Source: Tannerellaceae bacterium
Lineage (GTDB): Bacteria; Bacteroidota; Bacteroidia; Bacteroidales; CAMTPD01
NCBI GenBank assembly: GCA_051660585.1
Contig: JBOFPV010000040.1
Location: forward strand, 128,841 to 192,840
Length of the DNA stretch: 64,000 nt
Direction of reading: 5' to 3'
Shown: positions 1-9,268 of the stretch, one piece after another
How the letters are laid out: each line of letters begins with the position of its first letter
How positions within the stretch are numbered: position 1 is the first letter of the stretch
The notes under the pieces: model-generated
What the model was told of the DNA's origin: nothing
The model's database searches: none
Seen by the model: only the letters and a program-made list of their open reading frames with translations
Position numbers and translations under genes: made by a program

Positions 1-339
1 ATGAAAAATGCCGGCTCTTTTTTGTGTGTTACTTTGACGGGATTACGACGAATGTGTTTACCGATTTGGATGGTGCTCGATAACCAAGTAGTTTGTGGGG
101 TGTCGTTTTGTTGTGGAAAACTCATTGTGAAGAGCAAGTTGTATTTGCTCAACTGCGTGAGAATGGCTTGAAGTGTAGATGGTTGGGTGTTGAGGCGGAA
201 TATTGGAGTTTTGAATTGTTGATAAATGGCGGGGTAAAGGAGGTGTTAGGGCCTCTTTGGGGTGTAAAAAGGGGCTTTTTGCGGGATTTATGCATAGTTA
301 TCAACAGTTTGTTAATAACTGCGGTGAAAAACCTTGCAT

Positions 340-405
340 GGTTTCAACGAAAACGTTATTTGGTTCTTGCAAGAACGTTGCATGGTTCTCATAAGAACGC
401 TGTAA
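340..405. repeat. Three tandem ~22-bp units, each starting GGTT. Units 2 and 3 each contain a GTTCT-N4-AGAAC palindrome (363-376 GTTCTTGCAAGAAC; 385-398 GTTCTCATAAGAAC).
   Basis: Read directly: ggttcttgcaagaacgttgcat (362-383) and ggttctcataagaacgctgtaa (384-405) match at 17/22 positions. GGTT recurs at 340, 362 and 384. Confidence 0.7.
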
Positions 406-541
406 CGTTTTCAATGAAAACAGATTTCGGTGGTCGATGAAGACGGTTTTTACTGAAAGGATTGTCTGTAAGAGGTAGTGGGAGAGGTGAGGCATTTTCC
501 ACTCGGCGAGGGCTTATTGTATTGCATCGAAACGGATATCG

Positions 542-656
542 TCACGCATGGTAAACGAAAACAGTCACGCTGCGTGAAGCAAAATGCTTACGCTGCGTGA
601 CTGTTTCATCGCACGCATGGTGAGTAAACTCACGCACGCTGCGTGCTTAATTCCAT
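542..656. repeat. Five tandem 23-bp units with a conserved 12-bp palindromic core (nCACGC-w-GCGTG / CACGCaTGGTG) and variable 11-bp spacers.
   Basis: The units start at 542, 565, 588, 611 and 634. The core centres at 548, 571, 594, 617 and 640 are exactly 23 bp apart. The last unit abuts the stop codon of the OMF gene. Confidence 0.8.
559..606 (-). terminator. Long hairpin downstream of the efflux operon, a probable intrinsic terminator.
   Basis: aaacagtcacgc (559-570) pairs perfectly with gcgtgactgttt (595-606), and the interior pairs further. On the minus strand a T-rich tcgtttac follows. The hairpin lies about 40 nt after the OMF stop. Confidence 0.55.
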
Positions 657-2026
657 CCGCCGCCGAGCGACTTATAGAGATATACCAGTGCCAGATTGGA
701 ATCGCGCAGGGCATTGCTGAGGCCGATCTCGGCATCGAGCATTCCGCGTTGCGCGTCGAGCACGTCGATATAACTGATAATTCCGTTGATGTATTGCAGG
801 TTTGCCAGTTCGAGATAACTCTGAGCGGCAGAGGCAAGCTTGCGACGTTTTTCTACAATCTCTTTGTTCTTATTGTATGCAAGCAAAGCATTGTTTACTT
901 CCTTAAAGGCGGTGATCACCGTTTTTTGGTAGCTCAAGACCTCTTGCTCGTATTGTATTTCGCTCTTTTTCCAGTTGGCGCGATTCTTTCCCATGTTGAA
1001 AACCGGACCAAACAAGCCTCCGCCAATCGACCAATACGGCGACTTTAGGAAGGAGGATAGGTCTCCGCTCTCCACACCACCGCTACCGGTGAGTTTGATC
1101 GATGGGAACATCGAGGTGAAAGCAATGCCTACAGCGGCGTTGGCAGCCTTTAGCTTTTGCTCCGCTCCACGAATGTCGGGACGACGTTCGAGCAGTTGAG
1201 ATGGCAGACCTATCGGTAACTCCTCCATCGCAACATCAGTAGCACGAAATGCACCGAAGGTATACTCTTTCGGATATTTACCCAACAGCAGCGAGAGTTC
1301 GTTTTCAAGGATGCCGATTTGCTTCTCGAGCGAAGGTTGCAAGGTTTCGGTACGTGCCAACTCCACCTCACTTTGTCGGAGCGATGTCTCGGAGGTAAGT
1401 CCGCTTTCGAAACGCAAGCGAGCCAGACGAACCCCTTCGCGACGGGCCACAATGGTACGCTTTACGATGGATAGTTCGCGGTGAGCAGCCGAAATCTCAA
1501 AGTATTTCTGAGCTACTTCCGAAATGATCCCCATGCGCACGCCTCGTTGAAACTCCATGGATTGCAGGAAGTCTGCTTTGGCTTTATCGTTTGCCCAGCG
1601 CAGCTTTCCCCACACATCGACTTCCCATCCGAAGGAGAATTTTCCTTCAAATGTGTTGTCGTATACAGGCTTGACTCCGCCATAGTTGTCATATTCACGC
1701 TCTCCTTCAATTCCGATTCCGATAGCGGGAAACAGATCGGCAAAGGCCATCTTTTTACCGGCCGCAAACTCTTCGATTCGTTTACTGGCTATCAGCAAAT
1801 CTTTGTTGTTGTCGAGTGCTTCCACGATCAGTGTTTGCAGGGTAGAATCACTGTATAATTCCCACCATTTGATATCGCTAACGGTAGCGGTATCTACGGG
1901 CGACTGATTGCCCGGTATTTGATCGGGCAGGTTGAGGTCGGGTTGTTTATATTGTTTTCCAATCTTGCACGATCCCATCAAAAGAGACAGAGCAAGAAAC
2001 GGAACGATGTATATCAATTTGCGCAT
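647..2026 (-). CDS. RND efflux outer-membrane factor lipoprotein (TolC/NodT family).
   Basis: 459-aa ORF with a signal peptide and lipobox (LLMGSC). The sequence looks typical of the OEP family. Its start lies 3 nt after the stop of the RND pump gene. Confidence 0.9.
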   Translation of the reverse strand: MRKLIYIVPFLALSLLMGSCKIGKQYKQPDLNLPDQIPGNQSPVDTATVSDIKWWELYSDSTLQTLIVEALDNNKDLLIASKRIEEFAAGKKMAFADLFPAIGIGIEGEREYDNYGGVKPVYDNTFEGKFSFGWEVDVWGKLRWANDKAKADFLQSMEFQRGVRMGIISEVAQKYFEISAAHRELSIVKRTIVARREGVRLARLRFESGLTSETSLRQSEVELARTETLQPSLEKQIGILENELSLLLGKYPKEYTFGAFRATDVAMEELPIGLPSQLLERRPDIRGAEQKLKAANAAVGIAFTSMFPSIKLTGSGGVESGDLSSFLKSPYWSIGGGLFGPVFNMGKNRANWKKSEIQYEQEVLSYQKTVITAFKEVNNALLAYNKNKEIVEKRRKLASAAQSYLELANLQYINGIISYIDVLDAQRGMLDAEIGLSNALRDSNLALVYLYKSLGGGWN

Positions 2027-2029
2027 AGG

Positions 2030-5000
2030 TTACTTGTTGATTCGTTTATTAATAGATGACTTCACCTGTTTTACATGCTTGGCAAAGAGTAGCTGTTGCG
2101 CTCTTCTTACTTTACCTACAAGTAAGTTTTGGGCCAAGCGTTGCTTTAGTTTGTAAACGACTACAAACGAGAACGGAACAAATACGATACCGAACGTGAT
2201 GGCAAACAACATACCGAAGAATACGCCGGTACCAATCGAATGGCGTCCTGCACTACCCGGACCGCTGGCAAGTACCATCGGAAGCATACCCAATACGAAT
2301 GCCAACGAGGTCATTACAATAGGACGGAAGCGAAGACGGGCTGCGTCGACAGCGGCTTTGATAACATCACATCCGTTATCTACCTGCACCTTGGCAAACT
2401 CTACGATCAGAATCGCGTTCTTTGCCGCAAGACCAATCAGTGTAACCAAGCCAATCTGGAAGTAAACGTCGTTTTCGAGGCCGAATACCCAAATGCTCAG
2501 GAAGGCTCCGAATGCCGCGATCGGCAACGAAAGCAACACTGAAATGGGAACGAGCCAACTTTCATATTGTGCCGCCAAGAAAAGGAATACGAAAAGGAAT
2601 ACCAATGCGACGATGAGTCCCATTTGTCCTTCGGCTTTCTTCTCCTGATACGACATTCCGCTCCATTCAATACCAATGTTGGCGGGCAAGTGTTCTTTTA
2701 CGATACGTTCCATAGCTTGCATGGCTTCGCCCGAACTGTATCCGTTTGCCGGCACACCTCTGATCACGGCCGAGGTAAACATGTTGAAACGTTTGATGTT
2801 ACCGGGTCCCGTTGTATACGATGTAGAGCCTAGGGCGGTAAGCGGAATCATATTGCCCTCTTTCGTCTTTACGAAAAACATGCCCAGGTTCTGTTGTTTG
2901 GTTCTGTACTCTGCGTCGGCCTCGATGTATACTTTATAGATACGGTTAAAGAGGTTGAAGTCGTTTACATAAACCGAACCGAGGTAGGCTTTCATCGTAG
3001 AGAAGATATCCGACATCGGAATGCCTAAGAACTTGGCACGATCTCGGTCTACGTCGAAATAAAGTTGCGGAATCTCCGATTGCAACGCCGAAGAAAGGTT
3101 GCCCACTTCGTTCGATGCTGCGGCATAATGCATCAATGTATCGGTTGCATTCACCAGGTTTTCCCAGGTTGCGCCCGAGCGTGCTTGCAGTTGCATCTCG
3201 AAACCTCCCGAACTTCCCAAACCGGGTATTACAGGTGGCTTACTCAAGAAGGCTTTGGCTTCGGGGTATTGCTTGAATTCTTTCTCTGCATCAGCCATCA
3301 CACTGTTTACATCCAAGCCCGAAGACGAGCGGTCTTCCCAGTTTTTGAGGATAACCATGAGTGTGGCACGTGCTTGTGAGTTTCCTACGCGCGGACTCGA
3401 TCCTGTTACGTTTTGCACATAGGCTATGCCCGGATGCGAGAGTAAATATTCGGTAGCCCGTTCGGTAACAATACGCGTACGATCTAGCGTTGCTCCTTCG
3501 GGAAGTTCTAGTTCTACGTTGAAATATCCTTGATCTTCTTCGGGTATAAAGGCGGTTGGTACCAACTGATTCATCACAAAGATGCCGATCAGTACCAGTG
3601 CGAAGGTGGCAAATACTCGTTTCGGAACCTTCATCACACGCTGAAGAATGGATACATACCATGCATTCCCACTGTCGAGCCATTGGTCGATCTTGCGGAA
3701 AAGTTTGTTTTTCTCGCCTGTGTTGGGGCGCAGAATGATGGCACACATTGCCGGACTTAGCGTAAGGGCTACCACGGTAGAGATTAGTACCGATACGACG
3801 ATGGTAACGGAAAACTGGCGGAACAATGCGCCGGTGATGCCGTCAAGGAAACTTACCGGTATAAACACCGCAGCCAGTACCAACGAGGTTGCGATAAGCG
3901 CGCCCGATAGTTCGTTCATCGCCTTGTGCGTAGCGGCACGGGCATTGAGCTTTTCTTCGTGCATGATACGCTCTACGTTTTCCACCACCACGATGGCATC
4001 GTCGACGACAATACCGATGGCAAGAACCAAACCAAGCAGCGTAAGCAAGTTGAGTGAGAAGCCCAAGATTAGCATTGCGCCGAATGTTCCGATCAGGGAA
4101 ATAGGCACCGCGATCACGGGTATCAGCGTTGCACGCCAGTTTTGAAGCGAAAGGTACACCACGATAATCACGAGGATCAAAGCTTCAAGGAGTGTTTTGT
4201 ATACTTCGTGAATAGACTGGTCGATGTAGGATGTGATGTCGAACGGAATCAGATAGTCGAGACCTTCGGGAAAGTCTTTGTGTATCTGTTTCATGTTTTC
4301 ACGAATCTGCTTCGCCACTTCCATGGCATTCGCGCCCGGTAAAAGGCTGATCGAAAGCACGGCTGCGTTCTTGTTATTCAATCCGCTTTCGGTGGTATAT
4401 GACGACGACTCGAGCGATACGCGCGCCACATCTTTGATGCGGATCAGCGAACCGTCGTTGTTGGCTCGTACTACAATGTTTTCAAATTCTTGTACCGAGC
4501 TCAGGCGTCCTTTCGTACTGATGGGGATGGTTACATCAAGGTCGGAAACGGGTTGCATGCCCAGTTCTCCGGCTGCGGCTTCACGGTTTTGATCCTTCAG
4601 CGCGTCTTGCAAATCTTTGACCGTGAGGCCGAAGTTGGCAAGTTTGTCGGGCATTACCCAAATACGCATACCGTAGTAGCGGCTACCAACATTTGAGATG
4701 CGGCCCACGCCGGGGATACGTTTGAGTACGTCGATAACGTTGATGGTGGCGAAGTTGCTGAGGTAAATCTCGTCAAACTTCGGGTCGTCCGAAACCAAGC
4801 AAAGTGTCATCAAACTGCTCGATGCCTGCTTTTCGATGCTGATACCGTTTTGAATCACCTCGGCAGGAAGACCCGACTCGGCAAGTTTTACACGGTTTTG
4901 CACTTCGATGGCTGCAAGGTCGGGGTTGACGTTTACGTCGAATGTGATTTTGATCGAAAGGCTACCCGAGTTGGAACTGCTCGACTCCATGTAGATCATA

Positions 5001-5227
5001 CCGGGAGTTCCGTTGAGCTGCTGCTCGAGTGGCGTGGCCACGGCCTGCGATACGGTTACGGCACTAGCGCCGGGATATGAGGTCCCGATGGTTACAACGG
5101 GAGGAGATATCTGTGGATACTGATCGATAGGCAAGAGGCGCATACCGATAAGACCTACTACAATGATTACGATTGAAAGGACCCATGAAAACACAGGTCT
5201 TTCGATAAAAAATCCTGGCTTTATCAT
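2030..5227 (-). CDS. RND multidrug efflux permease (AcrB/HAE1 family).
   Basis: 1065-aa ORF with an N-terminus (FFIERPVFSWVLSIVIIVVGLIG) and 12-TM architecture typical of AcrB-like pumps. Confidence 0.95.
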   Translation of the reverse strand: MIKPGFFIERPVFSWVLSIVIIVVGLIGMRLLPIDQYPQISPPVVTIGTSYPGASAVTVSQAVATPLEQQLNGTPGMIYMESSSSNSGSLSIKITFDVNVNPDLAAIEVQNRVKLAESGLPAEVIQNGISIEKQASSSLMTLCLVSDDPKFDEIYLSNFATINVIDVLKRIPGVGRISNVGSRYYGMRIWVMPDKLANFGLTVKDLQDALKDQNREAAAGELGMQPVSDLDVTIPISTKGRLSSVQEFENIVVRANNDGSLIRIKDVARVSLESSSYTTESGLNNKNAAVLSISLLPGANAMEVAKQIRENMKQIHKDFPEGLDYLIPFDITSYIDQSIHEVYKTLLEALILVIIVVYLSLQNWRATLIPVIAVPISLIGTFGAMLILGFSLNLLTLLGLVLAIGIVVDDAIVVVENVERIMHEEKLNARAATHKAMNELSGALIATSLVLAAVFIPVSFLDGITGALFRQFSVTIVVSVLISTVVALTLSPAMCAIILRPNTGEKNKLFRKIDQWLDSGNAWYVSILQRVMKVPKRVFATFALVLIGIFVMNQLVPTAFIPEEDQGYFNVELELPEGATLDRTRIVTERATEYLLSHPGIAYVQNVTGSSPRVGNSQARATLMVILKNWEDRSSSGLDVNSVMADAEKEFKQYPEAKAFLSKPPVIPGLGSSGGFEMQLQARSGATWENLVNATDTLMHYAAASNEVGNLSSALQSEIPQLYFDVDRDRAKFLGIPMSDIFSTMKAYLGSVYVNDFNLFNRIYKVYIEADAEYRTKQQNLGMFFVKTKEGNMIPLTALGSTSYTTGPGNIKRFNMFTSAVIRGVPANGYSSGEAMQAMERIVKEHLPANIGIEWSGMSYQEKKAEGQMGLIVALVFLFVFLFLAAQYESWLVPISVLLSLPIAAFGAFLSIWVFGLENDVYFQIGLVTLIGLAAKNAILIVEFAKVQVDNGCDVIKAAVDAARLRFRPIVMTSLAFVLGMLPMVLASGPGSAGRHSIGTGVFFGMLFAITFGIVFVPFSFVVVYKLKQRLAQNLLVGKVRRAQQLLFAKHVKQVKSSINKRINK

Positions 5228-5230
5228 GAC

Positions 5231-6376
5231 TTAGTGTTTTGGTTGGGAACTTGCGTTGGCTTGGTTGGCGGCAACGGGAATTACCTTAATGCCCGGGTTG
5301 AGCTTGTGATATCCTTCGGTCACTATGGTTTCGTTGGTTCCCAATCCTCGCTCGATAACGATGTCGTTTTCCATCTCGTAGCCTGTTTGCACAAATCTCT
5401 TTTCAACCGTGCTGTCGCGACGAATGATGTAAACAAATGCACCGCCTGTTTCGATTGATAAAGCTTTGCGTGGGATTACTACTGCATTCTCGATTACGTC
5501 TTGTAGTAGCTTTACTTTGGTAAACTGTCCCGGTAGTAATTCTTGATCGGGATTGGCTAGTCGTGCTCGCACGGTAAAGGTTCCGGTTTGTGGATCTACT
5601 TTTGGCTCTGCAAAATCTACGACGCCTTTGAGTGGATAGATGGTGTTGTCGGCAAGAGTAACCTCTACGGTTGGTTGCCAAGAACGGGTAGAATCAAGTT
5701 GGCCCAGACGTACGTTACGTTCCAAACTCTTTTGATAATCAAGTGCTGTCATGCGGAAATCGACAAGTACGGTGTCGCTTTGTACCACGGTTGCAAGAAG
5801 GGATTTAGCACCCGGTCCTACAAGTGTTCCGATGTCCACAAGGCGCTCACTCATATAGCCGCTGATAGGAGATTTTACCACAGTGTAGCCAAGTTGTAGG
5901 TCGGCTTGCTCTAAGTCGGCTTTGCTCATTGCTACATTTGCTTCTGCATTTTCTTTTGCGGCGATCGCGTTATCAAGATCGAGCTGACTGGCTGCGTTTT
6001 GTTCGTAAAGTGGGCGCAGACGTTCTACGTCGCGCGAAGCTTTTGCGGCAGCGGCAATGTCTTTCTTTAGTTGAGCTCTGGCTTTGTCGGCACGTGCTTT
6101 GTATTGCGCCTGACTGATGACAAAGAGCGGAGCATTTTGCTCTACTTTCTTTCCTTCTTCAAATAGCATACCTTCTAGATAGCCTTCTACACGGGCCCGA
6201 ACCTCCACATATTTATTTGCACGGATACGCCCTACGTATTCGCCTTCGATTTCTACATCGCGGCCTACGGGTTTCTCAAATGCTACAACGGGTCTTTCCG
6301 GTTCTGCCTCTTTTTTACACGCAGTCATTAAGGAAGCGGAAATGACTAACGCAAGCATCATAAATTTAATTCTCAT
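5231..6376 (-). CDS. RND efflux periplasmic adaptor (membrane fusion protein, AcrA-like lipoprotein).
   Basis: The ORF is 5231-6466. I chose the internal ATG at 6376 because it gives the signal peptide and lipobox MRIKFMMLALVISASLMTAC. There is a 3-nt gap to the pump gene. Confidence 0.88.
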   Translation of the reverse strand: MRIKFMMLALVISASLMTACKKEAEPERPVVAFEKPVGRDVEIEGEYVGRIRANKYVEVRARVEGYLEGMLFEEGKKVEQNAPLFVISQAQYKARADKARAQLKKDIAAAAKASRDVERLRPLYEQNAASQLDLDNAIAAKENAEANVAMSKADLEQADLQLGYTVVKSPISGYMSERLVDIGTLVGPGAKSLLATVVQSDTVLVDFRMTALDYQKSLERNVRLGQLDSTRSWQPTVEVTLADNTIYPLKGVVDFAEPKVDPQTGTFTVRARLANPDQELLPGQFTKVKLLQDVIENAVVIPRKALSIETGGAFVYIIRRDSTVEKRFVQTGYEMENDIVIERGLGTNETIVTEGYHKLNPGIKVIPVAANQANASSQPKH

Positions 6377-6643
6377 TTGTCTAAACGGTTTAATTTTACA
6401 GTCTCCTTCTTCGGAGTTTACAGATACGGTCTTATATTGGTTATAAAAATAGGTGATGACTCTCATATTAACAATTAAGTTTAAGTTGTTTAACAGGATG
6501 GATGCAATATATCTCTTTAGTGTCTTAATTTTATTAATCCTTTTTTATTACTTGTAGTTTTAACATGTGTATCGGTGGTTTTGTTTATTTGTGTAAATTA
6601 TATACGGATTTTTTTAGTTTTATGCAGAGGGTTGGTGCTTATT

Positions 6644-6689
6644 AAAAAAAGGTATTGCTTTAATCCGGGTTAGATTGTAGCAATACCTT
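6644..6689 (-). terminator. Intrinsic terminator after the 813-aa lipoprotein gene.
   Basis: aaggtattgc (6649-6658) pairs with gcaatacctt (6680-6689). An A-run at 6644-6650 on the plus strand gives a U-tract on the minus strand. Confidence 0.7.
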
Positions 6690-6695
6690 TTGATC

Positions 6696-9137
6696 TTATT
6701 TGTTCTGAGCTGTAAGTGAGATTTTATCGCCTACGGTTTTGAATTCGGCCGATGCTTGCTTGGTGTTGTCTTCCGACTCAAACTGACAAGTAAACACGAG
6801 GTTAACATTCCCATTGTCGACCATCATCGCGGATTCTTCTATTGGGATAGAACGTAACTCTTTCCAATTGGGATCGTAAATGATGATCTTGTTTCCACCC
6901 ACATACTTCGCTGTTTCGTTTTTCTTCAAATGAGTCCCGATGGGTACGGTACTGTAGTTGTTGATGGAGAGAACCGGGTTTTTGATGTTCTCGTCGGCAG
7001 AGAGCAAGAACTGTATCGGTTGGCGGTCGTTGGTGTTGTTGTATTCCCACTTCGATTGTACGGGTTCGCCCGGCTGACGTACCACATTGGTGTGTTTGAA
7101 ACGTTGCACATCGTATGGATACAGATCCCATGAAGTTTCGGAAACGGGCTCGAGATGATACTCGTTTGCTAGGTGTTCCATTTCAATTTTCAGCTCTTTG
7201 GGAAATGCTCCCGACAGGCGCGCTTTTTCCCATTCGCGGATGGCGGTGATGTTTTGCTCTGAAAGTCCGTTTTGCTCTACGGCAGCCTTGTTGGTTACTA
7301 GTGTATAACCTGCATCGAATGCGGCCGATCGGGCAAGTAACCATTCTACGTCTTCGATTCCCGTTTGCGGTCCGTACTTGAACCAGCCCAGCATGTTGGG
7401 GATCAGATTGCGACGGTAAAAGTCTTGGTTCATCAGGCGGTAGTTGAGTTGGCTTTCGCGGAAGCCCGCATACCAAGGCTCGCCCCAGTTCATCCGTGTA
7501 AAGGTGTGCCAGTTGTAGTGTGTAGTCATGCTGGCGTCGTTGATGCAGTTTTTGTAGGGTGCTTCCAGGTTGTCGTACCACTCTTTGATCATCAACGAGA
7601 GTCCGTACTGACCTAAGCCGGTAGACCAAGCGCCTTCGAGCCCGTCGAATGAGATCTGCATGATTCCGGTTTCGTTGAAGAGGTCGGCAAGGTTGCGTGC
7701 TTCTTCTTTGGTTAGTTCCGTGTTTGTGAGGAATACGGCATAACCGTGATCGAGCAGCTTGCTGATGGTGTCGCCTTGGTGGTGTGCCGATGCTTTGGTG
7801 CCCCAAGCTCCGCGCTGACAATTGAGAAGTGTCCACGGTGCTTTGTCGCTCACTTTTTCATAACGAATCAATTCATCGCCCAGCATTACGCCGTGTAATG
7901 TGTTGTTGCGCATTTCGTTGAAGTAGTCGGGAGAGGAGATGGGTATCTCTTTTGCGTTTGCGTCAATGTTGGCGGTGATAAGTCCCGACCCGACTTTGGC
8001 CAAGCGTTTGTCCGGAACCGGCGTAACGTACGGGTCATTGGTGGTTGTGAAATTAGACAGCGTGTGAAGGCCCAGTTTGATTCCTTCTTTGCCGGCTCTG
8101 TCTACACAGTTTTTCAAACTTGCATATCCGTTGGGGAATTGTTCGGGATTGAGTTCGAACTTGCCCCATGTCTTGAATGGGCCGCCGTGGTAGAGGTATT
8201 TCAATCCTGTTTTCTTGGTAAAGGCGATAGCGTCATCGAGGGTTTTCTCGTCGAAGTCATAAATGATATAGGCTTGCGCAGCGGCAGGAGAGGTTTTGCC
8301 CCATTCGCCTTCGATGATGGGGTGAGGCAGTCCTTCGCCCAACTCAATGTCGGAAATGTAGTTCAATACACTGTCGGGAACACAGCCGAAGAGTGCGATT
8401 TTGGATCCGATTACACCGCCGTCGTTGTAGGCCGGAGCTACAAATTTGTCGTGATTCCACATCGGAATGATGCGGTCTTCGAATCGATTGCGGCAATAGG
8501 CCTGAATCACACTTCCCCAGGGTTGGTGCATGGCGGTTTGTCCGCGGTAAAGTACCTTCATGCTGTCGGCAACATCAACGAGCGAAGTTGTTGCGAATAT
8601 ATCGAACGATGGGTCGGTATCGTCTTCGTTGGTCGGATATCCACCGATGGTTTTTGGGTTCAACGCTTGAATTCCTAAAGCAAAGTCGTCGCCTCGCACT
8701 ACACCTACGCATTCGCCTACTTGTTTGGAAATGTCGTTGGCATAAGGGCCCCACGTAACTAAGTCTACGTTGTTATTGTTGGTGACTTCAGTTACTTCAA
8801 ACGTAACGTATTTTGGGTTTCGTACGGCTTTTAGTTTGACTTCAACATCGTTTTGAGGAAAAAAGAGGGTGAGGTTTTCTTTGGTCTCGTCCCAAGTTAA
8901 CTTCGATGGCGATTCGAACTGATTGTTTACACGGATGGCTAGCAGTGGAGAGGTTTGCTGATTTACCAGATAATTGGTTCCGGTATTGGTGTCTATCAGT
9001 TCGGTTACATTCCCTTGGTCGTTGATCGAAAGGAGGAACGGTCCTGTTTGATACGATAGGTTGTTGCTTCCGGTGCAACTACTCAGTAAAGTTACTGTAG
9101 TGCAAAGGCATGCCACCTTGTAGAATAAGTGTTTCAT
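6696..9137 (-). CDS. Uncharacterised 813-aa lipoprotein, possibly a PUL-associated carbohydrate-active enzyme. I did not recognise the family.
   Basis: Long uninterrupted ORF with a signal peptide and lipobox (TVTLLSSC). It sits at the 3' end of the SusC/D region. No catalytic motif is assignable by eye. Confidence 0.8.
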   Translation of the reverse strand: MKHLFYKVACLCTTVTLLSSCTGSNNLSYQTGPFLLSINDQGNVTELIDTNTGTNYLVNQQTSPLLAIRVNNQFESPSKLTWDETKENLTLFFPQNDVEVKLKAVRNPKYVTFEVTEVTNNNNVDLVTWGPYANDISKQVGECVGVVRGDDFALGIQALNPKTIGGYPTNEDDTDPSFDIFATTSLVDVADSMKVLYRGQTAMHQPWGSVIQAYCRNRFEDRIIPMWNHDKFVAPAYNDGGVIGSKIALFGCVPDSVLNYISDIELGEGLPHPIIEGEWGKTSPAAAQAYIIYDFDEKTLDDAIAFTKKTGLKYLYHGGPFKTWGKFELNPEQFPNGYASLKNCVDRAGKEGIKLGLHTLSNFTTTNDPYVTPVPDKRLAKVGSGLITANIDANAKEIPISSPDYFNEMRNNTLHGVMLGDELIRYEKVSDKAPWTLLNCQRGAWGTKASAHHQGDTISKLLDHGYAVFLTNTELTKEEARNLADLFNETGIMQISFDGLEGAWSTGLGQYGLSLMIKEWYDNLEAPYKNCINDASMTTHYNWHTFTRMNWGEPWYAGFRESQLNYRLMNQDFYRRNLIPNMLGWFKYGPQTGIEDVEWLLARSAAFDAGYTLVTNKAAVEQNGLSEQNITAIREWEKARLSGAFPKELKIEMEHLANEYHLEPVSETSWDLYPYDVQRFKHTNVVRQPGEPVQSKWEYNNTNDRQPIQFLLSADENIKNPVLSINNYSTVPIGTHLKKNETAKYVGGNKIIIYDPNWKELRSIPIEESAMMVDNGNVNLVFTCQFESEDNTKQASAEFKTVGDKISLTAQNK

Positions 9138-9212
9138 GTTACTGTAAAAAATAAGGTTATAGATAAGTTGTTTTATTGCCGATTGTAATGTCTTTAACGG
9201 ATCATTATCAAT

Positions 9213-9246
9213 AAAAAAAGGACGACCCTCGGTAGAGAATCGCCCT
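9213..9246 (-). terminator. Hairpin plus U-tract after the TlpA-like gene.
   Basis: aggacga (9219-9225) pairs with tcgccct (9240-9246), including one wobble pair. An A7 run at 9213-9219 on the plus strand gives a U-tract on the minus strand. Confidence 0.55.
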
Positions 9247-9268
9247 TGAAGATAGAAGATATTTTTTT

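Noticed and set aside
112-120. DnaA-box-like TGTGGAAAA, and the idea that the repeats at 330-656 mark a replication origin.
   Set aside because: It is a single relaxed-consensus match with no cluster of boxes and no adjacent dnaA or dnaN. The support is insufficient.
93-495. ORFs 93-440 (+, 115 aa) and 301-495 (-, 64 aa) in the leftmost non-coding region.
   Set aside because: One needs a non-ATG start. Both have odd composition (W/G/V-rich, reflecting GT-rich DNA), no recognisable family, and overlap tandem repeats. I treat the region as non-coding.
542-656. Possibility that the 23-bp repeat array is a mini-CRISPR.
   Set aside because: The units are only 23 bp in total (12-bp core plus 11-bp spacer), there are only five of them, and the window contains no cas genes. 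The geometry fits operators, iterons or hairpins, not CRISPR.
584-1048. ORF 584-1048 (+) and other antisense or alternative-frame ORFs inside the efflux genes (for example 1481-1858, 3291-3746, 3648-4145).
   Set aside because: They lie entirely within, or antisense to, well-supported long genes. They are typical shadow ORFs.
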